Assembly: GCA_044222185.1 (NCBI GenBank)
Contig: JBGANV010000003.1
Span: 640,001-704,000 of the forward strand
Length of the DNA: 64,000 nucleotides
From: Planctomycetota bacterium
GTDB taxonomy: Bacteria > Planctomycetota > GCA-002687715 > CAIWVZ01
Reading direction: 5' to 3'
The notes beneath the pieces are model-generated. The model ran no database searches. It had not been told where the DNA came from and was given only the letters and a program-made list of their open reading frames with translations. The translations under genes were made by a program, and so were the position numbers. Of the stretch, positions 37,772 through 48,622 are shown piece after piece (within the stretch, counting starts at the first letter, position 1; the number at the start of each line of letters is the position of its first letter).

Positions 37772-39661
37772 TCACTCGAGATGGAGGCGGAACCCGCTGC
37801 TGACGCAGAAGGATCCCACGCTCGTCGGGTCGAAGACGCCCCACTGGCCCGCGAACGACAGGCCGGTGAGCCACGGCAGCGGGCGCAGGTAGAGGGGAAC
37901 GAACCCCGAACCGAACCCGTCCGCGAACGTGACGTGATCCTCGAAGATGTTGGCGGAGTCGAGCCAGAGCTTCGCCTGGTGGTTGATCGCCGCCTCCCCG
38001 CCGTACCACGCGAGCACCAGTGCCATGGCCGCGCCGGGCGGAACGTTCGAAACCGTCGCGAAGTACGTGCTTCCCAGGTAAGGCGTCACCTGGGAGATCG
38101 CCGGGTGGCTGCCACTTCCGCAGGCCGACGCGTCGCCGAACAACTCGATCCAGGGGAAGTGGATGGCGAGCAGGTCGTCGCGCAGGTCGGTCGCGGCGTC
38201 ACTCAGATTGGTGCCGCCCATGAGCGTCCAATCGTTGATGCGGACGGGGAAACCGCAATCGGTGAGCGGCGTCGTCCATTGGCGCAGCTGCGGACTCGGC
38301 GTCCCGATGTCGAGGACGTAGGACATGAGCCCCGACGAATCGAGCGCGCTGATGGCGGACGGATTGAGCTTCGCCAGCGCGACGTGATCGGAGCCGGTCA
38401 CGACCTCCAGGTACGTCGGGAAAATCGCGTGAAGGTTCTCGACGACGAGGAATCCATCGTCGTAGTTGCCAACGGTCCGGTCATGTCCCGACGACGGGAA
38501 CACCAACCGGTCGGTCGCGAGGGACACCGGCGGAACCGAGGTGTCACTCATGCCGAGGCCGACGCCCGGGCGCCACTGGGCCGACGCCGGGTTGGCACCA
38601 GGGGCGAGGAAATGAACCTTCACTTCGTCGTCGCTGTCGTGGAATTGGCGGTTCGAGCCCGAGGAGATGTAGGCGAATGCCCGACCCCCGATGTCGATGG
38701 GTGTCGGGACCATGATCCAGCCGAGCGGGAGTTCGCGCTGCGTGCCGAAGACGGTGGCCTGGACGCCTGCCTCCATGTGATCGAACGCGACGTAGAGCGG
38801 TTCATACACGTCGTTCGTGCGCGCCACGCTCGGGAAGATGAGCACGGGATCCGCGTCGGCGATCGTGACCGGGCCACGTTGCGAGAGGAATGCGCCGATG
38901 GAGATGTTGTCCACGGACCCATGCACCGTGACGGAGCCTGTCAGGACGCGGCAGACGTACAGGGAATCGTCGCCGCTGCCCGGCAACTGATCGGCCCCCA
39001 GGGCTCGGACGGCGACGAGTGAATCACCGGCGCGCGCCGTGTCGGCGGCGAGAGGAACACCGATCGCCAGTTCCTGCATGGTGATGGCGCCCGCGGCCAG
39101 TCCCTTGACGGCGACGACGAGATCGTCGTAGGTCCCGGACAGGCCATCCGCTCCGGGCGCGACCCAGGCAATCGTGTCCGCATCGAGCACGGCCACCGTT
39201 TGCTGATCGGGATCGAGCGCATGCACCTTGTCGAGGGCGAACGTGGTGACGGTGTTCGTCGCCGGGATGTCGGAGACGATCATCAGGGTCGGTGTCCCGG
39301 TCAGCACCCCGTGATCGACGTACAGGAGGCTGGTGTCACTCAACCGAGTGAGCGTGGAGGACGAGTCGCCCGTGATGCCGAGCGCGGTGTAGAAGCCCAC
39401 GTTGGCCGTGACGAGCTGGCCCGTGCGGAAGCCGCTGACGATCACGATCTGGTCGTCGGGGATGGTGGGTCCGCTGGAACCGCCGTCCGACACCACGGCG
39501 AGGACGTCGTCCGTGAGCCGAAGGGGTGGGTTCGTGATCCCGCGCATCGAGTGGCCGAGCCCGCCACCCACGTAGATCGAGCGTGTCGACTGCGCCTCCA
39601 GGCTGGAGAGCGCGATGACGGCAAAGACGAATGCGAACCGGATTGCGGCTGAGCGAGACAT
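37772..39661 (-). CDS. Secreted hypothetical protein with GxDxxxGxxDD repeats
   Basis: Signal peptide; GADGLSGTYDD, GADQLPGSGDD and GHDRTVGNYDD; beta-rich C-terminal domain; GGAGG RBS. Confidence 0.8.
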   Translation of the reverse strand: MSRSAAIRFAFVFAVIALSSLEAQSTRSIYVGGGLGHSMRGITNPPLRLTDDVLAVVSDGGSSGPTIPDDQIVIVSGFRTGQLVTANVGFYTALGITGDSSSTLTRLSDTSLLYVDHGVLTGTPTLMIVSDIPATNTVTTFALDKVHALDPDQQTVAVLDADTIAWVAPGADGLSGTYDDLVVAVKGLAAGAITMQELAIGVPLAADTARAGDSLVAVRALGADQLPGSGDDSLYVCRVLTGSVTVHGSVDNISIGAFLSQRGPVTIADADPVLIFPSVARTNDVYEPLYVAFDHMEAGVQATVFGTQRELPLGWIMVPTPIDIGGRAFAYISSGSNRQFHDSDDEVKVHFLAPGANPASAQWRPGVGLGMSDTSVPPVSLATDRLVFPSSGHDRTVGNYDDGFLVVENLHAIFPTYLEVVTGSDHVALAKLNPSAISALDSSGLMSYVLDIGTPSPQLRQWTTPLTDCGFPVRINDWTLMGGTNLSDAATDLRDDLLAIHFPWIELFGDASACGSGSHPAISQVTPYLGSTYFATVSNVPPGAAMALVLAWYGGEAAINHQAKLWLDSANIFEDHVTFADGFGSGFVPLYLRPLPWLTGLSFAGQWGVFDPTSVGSFCVSSGFRLHLE

Positions 39662-39811
39662 GGCCTCCCCCGCTAGCTGGGACGAAATGAAATGTCGTTG
39701 TGCGTGAACGCCTCAACACACTTCGTCTCAGGCCGGATCTAGCTTGAGCAGAACAATCCGTTCACCTGGGGGCGCGTCGTACGTGGTGCGAACCTGCCTG
39801 CGGGCGTGGGA

Positions 39812-40609
39812 TCAGCGCCCGGCCTGCGCGTGAACCCGTGCGGCTTCCGCAAACGAGTCGCGCGTGCGGCTGCCGAACCAGGAGAACGCCTCGCCGCTCA
39901 CGCAGATGACACGCTCCTTGGAAATCCCCGCCGCCGATGCGACTTCAGCCCGATGTGCCTCGGTGAACGGAAACGGCTCGGACGCGAGCAGCACGACGTC
40001 GGCGGACGCTGCGCGCGCGAGGTCGATGACTGGGTAGCGGCCGCCCCAACTCCGCGCCACGTTCTGGAACCCCGTCTCTTCGAGCATGGCATCGATGAAC
40101 GTGTCGCTCGATGCCGCCATCCACGGCTTGCGCCAGATCAGGTAGATGCACCCGAGGCGCGGCGTTCGCGGGTGCGCGTGAAACCGCACACGGGCCTCGG
40201 CGATTTCGTCGCGCAACCTGTCGGTTCGTCCGCGCTCGCCGAGAAGCACGCCAAGTTCCCCGAGATGATCGAGGAGGCCGTCGAGAGTACGCGGATAGGA
40301 CACGTGGACGGGTGCGAGGTGGCGCAGCCGGGCCACGTCTTCGAGCCGATTCTCCTCCTTGTTGGCGAGGATGAGATCGGGCGCGAGGGCACGAATGCGG
40401 TCGACGTCAGGGTCTTTCGTACCTCCGACCGTCGGCACGGTCGCAACGCCGCTGGCCGGGTGAATGCACCACGTAGTCCGGCCGATGACGCGATCGCCGC
40501 ATCCGAGCGCAAACAACGTTTCCGTGATGCTCGGAATCAACGAGACGATGCGACGGGCCGGGGCCGGAAGAACGACCACGTCGCCGAGTGCGTCCCCGAC
40601 TCGGATCAC
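39812..40609 (-). CDS. Helical-backbone metal/cobalamin receptor (BtuF-like)
   Basis: RRIVSLIPSITETL, VGGTKDPD, PDLILANKEEN, YLIWRKPWM and SEPFPF. GTG overlaps the upstream stop. Confidence 0.9.
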   Translation of the reverse strand: MIRVGDALGDVVVLPAPARRIVSLIPSITETLFALGCGDRVIGRTTWCIHPASGVATVPTVGGTKDPDVDRIRALAPDLILANKEENRLEDVARLRHLAPVHVSYPRTLDGLLDHLGELGVLLGERGRTDRLRDEIAEARVRFHAHPRTPRLGCIYLIWRKPWMAASSDTFIDAMLEETGFQNVARSWGGRYPVIDLARAASADVVLLASEPFPFTEAHRAEVASAAGISKERVICVSGEAFSWFGSRTRDSFAEAARVHAQAGR

Positions 40610-41241
40610 TTCGGCGTCGCGGTCTTGCGGGCGTCCGTGCTCGGGAACACCACCAGTTCGTCGTCCGGGATCGGCCGACCTTCCGCAGCACAGATGTACC
40701 GCTTCACGATGGCGTCCTTGACGGTCTTCTCGACCATCGGGTTGTTGCCCTGGAGCTGCCACTCGAACGGCACCGGTCGATTCTCCTGCGCCAATTCGAA
40801 CTGGGGAACCGGCTCGATGACGAGTGCGAGGACGCTGAGGCGCATGTCCGTCAGCGAACCGGGCTCGGGCTCGATCTTCGCCATGACGCGAGTCCGGTGA
40901 AGCATCCCGTCGCCGAACCACTCGATGACCTTCGACTCGACGTAGCGCGTCGAGCTGCCCGCCGGCGCGTTGACCGGGATGTCGCCGTTCGGCGGTTCCT
41001 CGAGCTTGAAGGCGTGCTGCATGTAGCCCTTCGTCGCTTCCCAAAGTCGCACGGGGTTCGCCTGGGCGAACGTGTGCGTGGTCGGCTGCATCGCATCGAG
41101 CTGTTCCTTGATCTTCGCCGCGGACTCGGCCTCCGTCCGCGACTGCGACGCCGGACCGCCTCCCCCGCCGCCCGCGCAGGCGACGAAGAACAGGCCGACG
41201 GAAGCGAGGCTCAAACCGATGAGACGCGTGCGGATCAGCAT
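40606..41241 (-). CDS. Putative lipoprotein
   Basis: Lipobox FFVAC after a hydrophobic signal. Confidence 0.7.
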   Translation of the reverse strand: MLIRTRLIGLSLASVGLFFVACAGGGGGGPASQSRTEAESAAKIKEQLDAMQPTTHTFAQANPVRLWEATKGYMQHAFKLEEPPNGDIPVNAPAGSSTRYVESKVIEWFGDGMLHRTRVMAKIEPEPGSLTDMRLSVLALVIEPVPQFELAQENRPVPFEWQLQGNNPMVEKTVKDAIVKRYICAAEGRPIPDDELVVFPSTDARKTATPK

Positions 41242-41336
41242 CCGAATCCCCTTGTCCGGTGACGGACCACGTTGGCGCTGATTGTCTGTCGATTGCGCCC
41301 GCCGCACAACGCGCCGAGGAACGGACCGGGGACCAC

Positions 41337-41984
41337 TCATCCCCGCTTTCGGATCTCCACGTAGAGCCAGGGCCCGCTCTCGAGGCCGCGATGGGGGTCC
41401 AGGCCCGCGACCGCGCACAGCTCCGCGATCCGCCGGCGCGCGATGGCATGGGCGGGCCATGCGTTCCCGCGCATCTGCGACTCGAGGAGGCGCCCCGCCT
41501 CCGAGTCGGCGTCCAGGAACTGGAGCCAGCCGCGGCCACCTCGGTCGAGGACGCGCGCGATCTCCGCGAGATACGACGTGACCGTCGCTTCGTCGACGGT
41601 GACGAAGCACAGAGTCGACCAGACGAAGTCGACCGAGTTCGCCGCGACGGCCGAGAGGTCAGCCCCCGCCGTCTCGATCAGTTCCACGTTGCCGACGCCC
41701 GCGAGCGCCGCCCGCGCAGAGGCGAGCGCCGCTTTCGAGACATCCACGCCGATCACGCGCCGCGCGAGGCCGGCGACCCGCTGGAGGAGCGTCCCCGTCC
41801 CGCACCCGATCTCGAGCGCGCAGGACTCGGGGCGGATGAACTGCGACAGCTCGGCGACGGCGGCATCGAGCGCCTCGCCCTGCTCGTCATGGTTCACCGC
41901 TTGCGGCGGCGACGTCGCCCGCGCGCGAAACTGCGCATCCCAGAACGATCGGGCATCTTCCGGGTTGAGGCCGTGGTCCGCCAT
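41337..41984 (-). CDS. Class I SAM-dependent methyltransferase
   Basis: LEIGCGTG, GVDVS, SVDFV and EIARVLDRGG. Confidence 0.9.
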   Translation of the reverse strand: MADHGLNPEDARSFWDAQFRARATSPPQAVNHDEQGEALDAAVAELSQFIRPESCALEIGCGTGTLLQRVAGLARRVIGVDVSKAALASARAALAGVGNVELIETAGADLSAVAANSVDFVWSTLCFVTVDEATVTSYLAEIARVLDRGGRGWLQFLDADSEAGRLLESQMRGNAWPAHAIARRRIAELCAVAGLDPHRGLESGPWLYVEIRKRG

Positions 41985-42086
41985 GGTCGCGGCGCACGAT
42001 CGCACGCGACACGGCCGGCGGTCAACCCCACCGCCGCGTCGGCGCGCGCGCGGCACCGCCGCGCAGACCTTCGGTCGAGCCGCCTC

Positions 42087-45000
42087 TCAGACTGGTATCT
42101 CGATCGTGAGCGAGCCGGCTTCCAGGCTGACTCCGTCGGGGAAGATCACGGCGGCGACACGCGGATCACGGGAATCCGGCTCGATGCGCGTGCCCGCGAG
42201 AGGCTTGCCGGCAACGGACGCCACGACGGAGGCGCGCGGCCCGCCCGGCGCGACGATCACGCGCGTGAGCCGGACGCGACCCCACGTGGCGTCGAGTTTC
42301 GCGCGGAACGTCGACCCGTCGCGTTCCTGGCGGAACGTCCCGAATCCTTCCGCGCCGGTGAACGCGGCCTCGAAGCGCTCGGGACTCACGCGGGGGTCGA
42401 ACCCGATGACGCCGGCTGGTCCGTCATGCTGGAATCCGCAGATGGCGACGAAGCAGCCCCAGCTCGCAAGAGCGCGGGCGTAGTGATCGCCGCACTCGAC
42501 CTCGTTCCACGGGTTGTGCTTTCGTCCGTCGTAGCGTTCGTGCACGCCGCGAACGACGGCCAGTCCCTCCGTGAGGAATCCCTCGTGAATGAGATTGGAG
42601 GCGAACTGGTATTCGCAGCCCGTCCACACCTCGTCGCGGTAGCGCACGCCCGCGTTGCCCGGGTGCTTCGACCTCGGCCAGGTGCAGATGAACAGCCCGG
42701 CTTCGCCCCGGCGGGCGAAGTATCGCTCCGGAACGTGTCTCGCATTCTGGGGCCCGACGTCGGGCGCCCAGTTGTAGCGGTAGATCGATTGGAGGGCCGT
42801 CCGCGTCGCGTCACGCGGATAGAGCAATCCCAGGCCGACCTGCGCCGCCCAGGCCTGCCCGAACAGCTGATCGGCGAGGCATCCGTCGGCGTATTGCCAC
42901 TCGCCGTGCCGCTCGACGTCCACGTCCTGGCGGAAGTACTCGCCGTTCCACAACCGTGCCATGGTCGCGGCCGAGCCTCGATCGAACAGCTGGCGACACT
43001 TCGTGGCGAAGGCGTCGTCGTTCATGCGGCGCGCCATCTCCTCCCCGGCGCGGAGCGCGGCGAGATAGAGGGCCCCCACGAACGTGTTCGCGCCGAAGAA
43101 GTCGATGTCGTAGGTGTTGGGCTGCGCATCCTCGAGGATGCCGTCGGCGTTGCCGTCACGCGCGATGGCGAACTCGAGAGCCTTCCTCGTTCGCGGCCAC
43201 GTCCGCTCGAGGAATCCGCGATCGGCGGAGCAGAGGTGCTCGCGGTAGATCTTGAGCACGGTGCCGCATTGACCGTCCGCCGCATAGGCGCGGTTGCCGC
43301 GGAACCCGACCAGCCCTGAAGCCTCGTCGAACCCCTCCCCCAGATCCTGGCGCTCACGCACGTTGCGCTCGAGCTCGGGGAACAGCCGCGCCATTCCATG
43401 GGCGTAGTTCCAGACGTGCGTGCAGGTGCCCGCGCAACAACCGACCCCTTCCCACGCCCACAGCCGACCATCGCCCCGCCACTCCACGAGGCTCGTCGCG
43501 AGATTCGCGATCGGCGCGTGAACGCGCTCGAGGAACCAATTCGGAAGCGTTCCGCCGTAGAACGCGCGGTGCCACGCCATCGTGCCGTCGTGAAGCCGAT
43601 CCCAGGACTCCGCGATCGCAGCGACCACGTCCTTGGCGGACTTGAAGCGGTTCGCGTAGTTCCGGCCCCGCGGGTGATTGGGGAAATGCCACGCGAGGAT
43701 GGCGATCTCCTGCGCCGATTCCTTCGGCTTAAGTTCGATGAGCGCCGTCACGGCACCGCGCGTCGGAGACACGCCGCGATCGATCGCCGTGGCCAGGTGC
43801 CCAGGGCCGGACGCGTCCTCGAGCATGGCGAGAGCGAACGTGCCGAAGTCCGCGAGCTTCGTGACGTCGTCCAGGTCGCCGGCGCGCGGGTGGTCGGAGA
43901 GCTCGATCTGATCGACGTTGACGTGCCCCCAGGGCCCGTCCGCGTCGTCGAAGATCTCGATGCGCGCGGTCTTGCCGCTCCATTTCGAGACGTCCATGCG
44001 CTGCCACGTGAGCCGCTCGTCGTTCCGTCCCTGCGCGGTCCGCACCGTCGCGCCGTCGACGACGAGGCGGAGCCCGACGTTGCGCCCCGCTCCACCACCC
44101 ATGAGGAAGTTCAGCCACCGTCGATCGACGACGAAGTCGGGCGACGTCAGCTTCCCGCGCGCGTCGTCGGTGTTGGCGTAGGAGTTCACGAGCCCTCGGC
44201 CCTTGAACCCGGTCACGCGCTGCTGCGTGGGGGCCTTGCCGCGGGCCGGCTTCGAACCCATGGCCGCGCCCTCGGCCTTCCATTCGCCCCAGTCGTCGCC
44301 CTCGAAATCGCCGAGAACGCGCGTCGGACGAGATTCGGTTCCTCCATCCGTCCGAGGCGCCGACGACGCCATCTCGAAGACCACCATGGAGGCGGCGCGC
44401 TTGCCGCCGGCCCCGCGAATCGAATCGCTCCGCGTGCGATCTTCGAGATCCAGATCCTGGCGGTTGTCGCGCAGGACGGCGTTCTCGAATCGTCCCGTGA
44501 GCTTGACGCCCACTTCCGCATCGGAAACGTTCTCGATCTTCCAGGCGAAACACGTCGCCGGGAACCCGGAAGACGCGGCATCGAGCGGGATGAATGGACT
44601 GAACACCCTGAGCGTCACCCGGACGGGGCAGGCTGGATCCGAGTAGCGGATCTCGGCCACGGGATACTGCCCCACGAACTCGACGGACGTGAATCCGCTG
44701 CGATCGAGTGTCCACGTGCGCGACGTCTTGTCGGCGCGGATCACCTCGACGTCGAAGCTCTGGGCGATCGGTGTCTCCGGCACGAGGAATTCGTAGTTGC
44801 GCAGGCCGTAGCCCGTGTCGCGATGCCGATTGAACACGTCGAATCGCCCGAGCCGCCCGTCACCGAGCAGATACACTTCGCCCGTGCCGATCCCGCCGCA
44901 GGGCATGCCCAGCGCCTCCGCCGTCTCGCCCGAGTAGATCGTGGGTTCGCCGCGCTCGGTGAGCGCGCGAACCCAGGCAGCCGGGAGTTTCTTGTCGGCC

Positions 45001-45170
45001 GGCACGAAGTGATCGATGTCCGGTCGTACGTCGGACGGCGCGAAAGGCCCCGCCGCGCCGAGCCAGCCCCCGATCGCCCCCACGGAAATGAGCTTCACGA
45101 ATTCGCGCCGATCGAGCCCGTCGCCCGTCGGCGCCGGCGAACACGTTCCACCCGGACAGCATTCGGTCAT
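42087..45170 (-). CDS. GH116 glycoside hydrolase with Tat signal
   Basis: DRREFVK Tat motif, GMPCGGIGTG, FSPFIP, WEGVGCCAGTCTHVW, ADGQCG, NTYD, DQLFGQ and NPWNEVECGDHYAR. Confidence 0.9.
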   Translation of the reverse strand: MTECCPGGTCSPAPTGDGLDRREFVKLISVGAIGGWLGAAGPFAPSDVRPDIDHFVPADKKLPAAWVRALTERGEPTIYSGETAEALGMPCGGIGTGEVYLLGDGRLGRFDVFNRHRDTGYGLRNYEFLVPETPIAQSFDVEVIRADKTSRTWTLDRSGFTSVEFVGQYPVAEIRYSDPACPVRVTLRVFSPFIPLDAASSGFPATCFAWKIENVSDAEVGVKLTGRFENAVLRDNRQDLDLEDRTRSDSIRGAGGKRAASMVVFEMASSAPRTDGGTESRPTRVLGDFEGDDWGEWKAEGAAMGSKPARGKAPTQQRVTGFKGRGLVNSYANTDDARGKLTSPDFVVDRRWLNFLMGGGAGRNVGLRLVVDGATVRTAQGRNDERLTWQRMDVSKWSGKTARIEIFDDADGPWGHVNVDQIELSDHPRAGDLDDVTKLADFGTFALAMLEDASGPGHLATAIDRGVSPTRGAVTALIELKPKESAQEIAILAWHFPNHPRGRNYANRFKSAKDVVAAIAESWDRLHDGTMAWHRAFYGGTLPNWFLERVHAPIANLATSLVEWRGDGRLWAWEGVGCCAGTCTHVWNYAHGMARLFPELERNVRERQDLGEGFDEASGLVGFRGNRAYAADGQCGTVLKIYREHLCSADRGFLERTWPRTRKALEFAIARDGNADGILEDAQPNTYDIDFFGANTFVGALYLAALRAGEEMARRMNDDAFATKCRQLFDRGSAATMARLWNGEYFRQDVDVERHGEWQYADGCLADQLFGQAWAAQVGLGLLYPRDATRTALQSIYRYNWAPDVGPQNARHVPERYFARRGEAGLFICTWPRSKHPGNAGVRYRDEVWTGCEYQFASNLIHEGFLTEGLAVVRGVHERYDGRKHNPWNEVECGDHYARALASWGCFVAICGFQHDGPAGVIGFDPRVSPERFEAAFTGAEGFGTFRQERDGSTFRAKLDATWGRVRLTRVIVAPGGPRASVVASVAGKPLAGTRIEPDSRDPRVAAVIFPDGVSLEAGSLTIEIPV

Positions 45171-45502
45171 GGCGATGATCTCCCAGCAGGGCGCAGCGTA
45201 TCCGCCTGTGATCGCACGGTCGAGGCGGTGAGCGCGGCCGTGACACGCTCGTGACGAGTGCTGGTGCGGGCGGGTGTCGACGGTCGCGGCGAGGACGAGC
45301 CTGGCGTTCCGGAGCGCTGCGTTTCACGCGGCTGGATGGCGAGGCCTCCGGACTCGCCGGGAACGACGGGTTGGCATTCATCGCGCGACGGTGCGGGCGG
45401 CGATCGGTCGACATCGCCGCACGCGGTTCCAATGCGCGTCCGCCCGCTTGGCGAGGTGGAACCTCGCCGTCCGGCCAGGCGGAGCCTGGCGCTCCGCGCG
45501 CA

Positions 45503-47413
45503 TCAGGCGAGGCGTTCCTCGAGCAACCACTGAGCGATGACGATGAAATCCTGCTCCGTCACGATCCCGACGAGGCGGCCGGCCTCGATCACCGGCAGGC
45601 AACCGACCTTCCGCTCGCGCATCACGCGGATGGCGTCCAGGGTCGGAGTGTCCGGAGTGACCGTCGCCGGGTCGCGTTTCATGATCGACTCGACCGTCAG
45701 CGGTGCCAGCGGGCGACCCGCAGAGTTGGCGACGAGCCGCACGATCGCCCGATGGGACACGACACCGACGATCCGGCCCTCCTCGTCCTCCACGGGAATG
45801 TGGCGCACGTGGCCCCAGTCCATCAGCGCGGCCACGAGGTCGACGAGGTCCCCGCGGTGCACGGTGCGCAGATCCGTCGTCATGAACTGGCCGACCGTCC
45901 GGTACGACGAGCGGAAGTCGTCTCCGGGCTGAGCGCTGGCACTCTCCCATTCGTGGACGGGGCGTCCCGTCCGCTGCTGTTCCAGAGCGGAGGCCGTGAG
46001 CGCGCGCCCCTGCTGCTCGCGCGGGACGCCAGCGGCCGTGAGTGCGTGCATGGACGCCAGCGCCCACGCGGATCCCGTGCGACCGCTGCGAACGCGCTCA
46101 CCGATCGTGCCGAGATAGCGATCGACGTCCGCCTCCACGACTCCGCGTCCTCGCAGGCCGGCGCGTGCGAGCGGAAGCAGGTGCTCGCCGATCAGCACCG
46201 CGGCGGGAACCGTTCCGATCCCGGGCCAGCGAAGCTGGGCATCGAGGCCGAATCGCGACGCCGCGAGGAAGTTCGCGCGCGCGTCGTCGAACGGGATGAG
46301 AGCGGAGACGTCGCCGTATTCGTCCGAGACGCCCGCGAGCAACCCCGTGAAGAACGCCGCGTTCGCCATCTCGTCCAGGACGGTCGGCCCCGCGGGAAGG
46401 GCGCGCGCCTCGATCCGCAGGTGCGCGACTCCATCGACGACGCCATAGCACGGCCGGTTCCACCGATAGACGGTTCCGTTGAAGAGGCGCAGCGCCCGAA
46501 GCTGCGGGGCCACGCCGCGATCCACCAGCGCGATCGGATCCTCGTCCGGATCGCACGCGAGCACGACGCGAAACCGCGAGATGTCTTCCTGGAAGATCTC
46601 GAGCACGGAGTTGCGGACCCACCGATCGCCGAAGTCGACGCGAGGACGATGCCCACGGACCTGCTGGCCCGTCGTTCGCGAGTCGATCGAATGCTGGAAC
46701 ACGGCGACGCGGGTTTCCGCCCACAGGCGCCGGTTGAGGAGCACCGGAGAGTTCACGGCCGCAGCGAGCACGGGCGCCGCGATGAGCTGCGCCGCGTTGT
46801 AGACCTTCGCGAATTCCTGGGGCGAGACCTGGTAGTGGACCTGGAAGCTCGTGTTGACGGCCTCCAGCATGACGCTGTCGGAGGTGACGTCGATCTCATC
46901 CACGCCCTTGATGTGGCAGCGGAACACACCGCCACGAAGCTTGCGAACTGCGTCGTTGAGCGCGCGATAACGAGGCCGAGGCATCATGTTCGCGAGCGTC
47001 AGATCCGCGGTGCGGATCGTGGGGAGAATGCCGCAGAGGAACGGTCGGGCTCCGCTGCGCGCGGCGGCCGCGTCGACACGGGCAAGCGCCGCGACGAGTT
47101 CGGCCTCCATCTCGCTGAGACCACACCCCGTCAGCAGACGTGGAGCCAGGTTGATCTCCACGTTGAAGCGCGCGATCTCGGGCACGACAGACGGATCGTC
47201 GACGGCGTCGAGAACGTCCGTGGCGACCGGGGCCGGATTCATCGCCTCGTCGACGAGGACGATCTCCTGTTCGGCGCCGATGCGATGGACCCCCGTCTCG
47301 AACAGCCCTGCGTCGAGCGCGCGGCGCAGGGCCTCGACGTCGCGGAGCAACGCGGCCGTGACGTTACGGACGCGCTCGTCGGAAAGTTCAGGTTCGGTGT
47401 CTTGTTCGCCCAT
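45503..47413 (-). CDS. Glutamate-cysteine ligase-family protein with C-terminal CBS pair
   Basis: IGAEQE, EIARFNVEINL, TSFQVH, GTVYRWNRPCY and HLRIEARALPAGPT; two CBS domains. Confidence 0.9.
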   Translation of the reverse strand: MGEQDTEPELSDERVRNVTAALLRDVEALRRALDAGLFETGVHRIGAEQEIVLVDEAMNPAPVATDVLDAVDDPSVVPEIARFNVEINLAPRLLTGCGLSEMEAELVAALARVDAAAARSGARPFLCGILPTIRTADLTLANMMPRPRYRALNDAVRKLRGGVFRCHIKGVDEIDVTSDSVMLEAVNTSFQVHYQVSPQEFAKVYNAAQLIAAPVLAAAVNSPVLLNRRLWAETRVAVFQHSIDSRTTGQQVRGHRPRVDFGDRWVRNSVLEIFQEDISRFRVVLACDPDEDPIALVDRGVAPQLRALRLFNGTVYRWNRPCYGVVDGVAHLRIEARALPAGPTVLDEMANAAFFTGLLAGVSDEYGDVSALIPFDDARANFLAASRFGLDAQLRWPGIGTVPAAVLIGEHLLPLARAGLRGRGVVEADVDRYLGTIGERVRSGRTGSAWALASMHALTAAGVPREQQGRALTASALEQQRTGRPVHEWESASAQPGDDFRSSYRTVGQFMTTDLRTVHRGDLVDLVAALMDWGHVRHIPVEDEEGRIVGVVSHRAIVRLVANSAGRPLAPLTVESIMKRDPATVTPDTPTLDAIRVMRERKVGCLPVIEAGRLVGIVTEQDFIVIAQWLLEERLA

Positions 47414-47622
47414 GGTTCGAGCTCCGGGACCGCGTGCAGAGTACACGGCGGCCATGGCGAAAGGGCGTCGCGAGGAATGCAGCGCTCCAGGACGTCTTTC
47501 CGCTCGAGCGATGAGAGTACGTCGCAGCCGCAGCCTGGCCAGCGCGAAACGCCCGTCGCGAATTCAAACCTCTCCTCGCCGGGTGGATTGCCTGGGCCCG
47601 GCTCACGAGCGTCGAACGGGCG

Positions 47623-48618
47623 TCACTTCACCCCAGCCGCCTTCAGGAACTCGTCCACGTTGGCCTTCGTGATCGCCTTCGTCGGAAGCGTGGTCCTCTT
47701 GGGCACGGGCTGTCCTTTCAACACCTCGGAGGCCTCGCGAATCGCCTCGGGCCCGGGCGTCGTGTAGACGAAGGTCGCCGTGAGGAAGCCATTCTTCACC
47801 CACAGGCCGCCCTCCTTCGGAATGGCGTCGATCCCCACGAAGGCGATCTTCTCGGCGCGGCCAGCCTCCTTCGCCGCGAGGTACGCGCCGTAGGCCATGG
47901 GGTCGTTGTGCGCGTACACGAGGTCGATGGCATCGAACTGGCGCAGCGCCGTCTCCATGACGGATTTCGCCTTGTCGAGCTTCCAGTCGGCGTCCTGGTT
48001 GTCGAGCAGGACCTTGATGCCCGGCTCCTTGTCGACGAACTCGCGGAAGCCCTTGTGGCGTTCCTGCGCAGCGATCACCGCCATGCCGCCCCAGATCTCC
48101 ACGATGTTGCCCTTGGCCTTTCCCACCCCGCCCAGGTGCTCGACGACGAACTTCCCGGCCTCGCGCCCGATCGCCAGGTTGTCGCCGCCGATGAACGCCG
48201 TCTTCTTGTCCGTGTTGGAGTCGCGATCGAGGACGATGACGGGGATTCCCGCATCCATCGCGCGCTCGATCGACGGCGTGAGCCCGGCCGAGTCCTTCGG
48301 CGAGATCAGGATGACGTCCACCTTCTGGCGGATGAACGCCTCCACGTCGATCACCTGCTTCTCGAGTTTGTCCTGGCCGTCGGACACCGCGAGATCGAAC
48401 TGGTCTTTGTGCTTCGCCGCCTCGCGCTCCAACTCCTCGTTGAAGAGCGCGCGCCACGGCTCGGACGTGGTGCACTGGCTGAAGCCGACGACGGGCTTGC
48501 GGTCGACGCCCTTGGGCCCGGATTCGGTCCGCCCGCATGCCACGATTCCGCATGCCAGCGCGACGAAGACGACCCACGCGACGCAACTGGACCTGGAAAA
48601 TTCCCTCATCCCCGTCAT
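47623..48618 (-). CDS. Sugar ABC transporter substrate-binding lipoprotein (RbsB-like)
   Basis: Lipobox IVAC, GIPVIVLDR, GGDN, AHNDPMAYGA and VGIDA. Confidence 0.93.
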   Translation of the reverse strand: MTGMREFSRSSCVAWVVFVALACGIVACGRTESGPKGVDRKPVVGFSQCTTSEPWRALFNEELEREAAKHKDQFDLAVSDGQDKLEKQVIDVEAFIRQKVDVILISPKDSAGLTPSIERAMDAGIPVIVLDRDSNTDKKTAFIGGDNLAIGREAGKFVVEHLGGVGKAKGNIVEIWGGMAVIAAQERHKGFREFVDKEPGIKVLLDNQDADWKLDKAKSVMETALRQFDAIDLVYAHNDPMAYGAYLAAKEAGRAEKIAFVGIDAIPKEGGLWVKNGFLTATFVYTTPGPEAIREASEVLKGQPVPKRTTLPTKAITKANVDEFLKAAGVK

Positions 48619-48622
48619 GTCT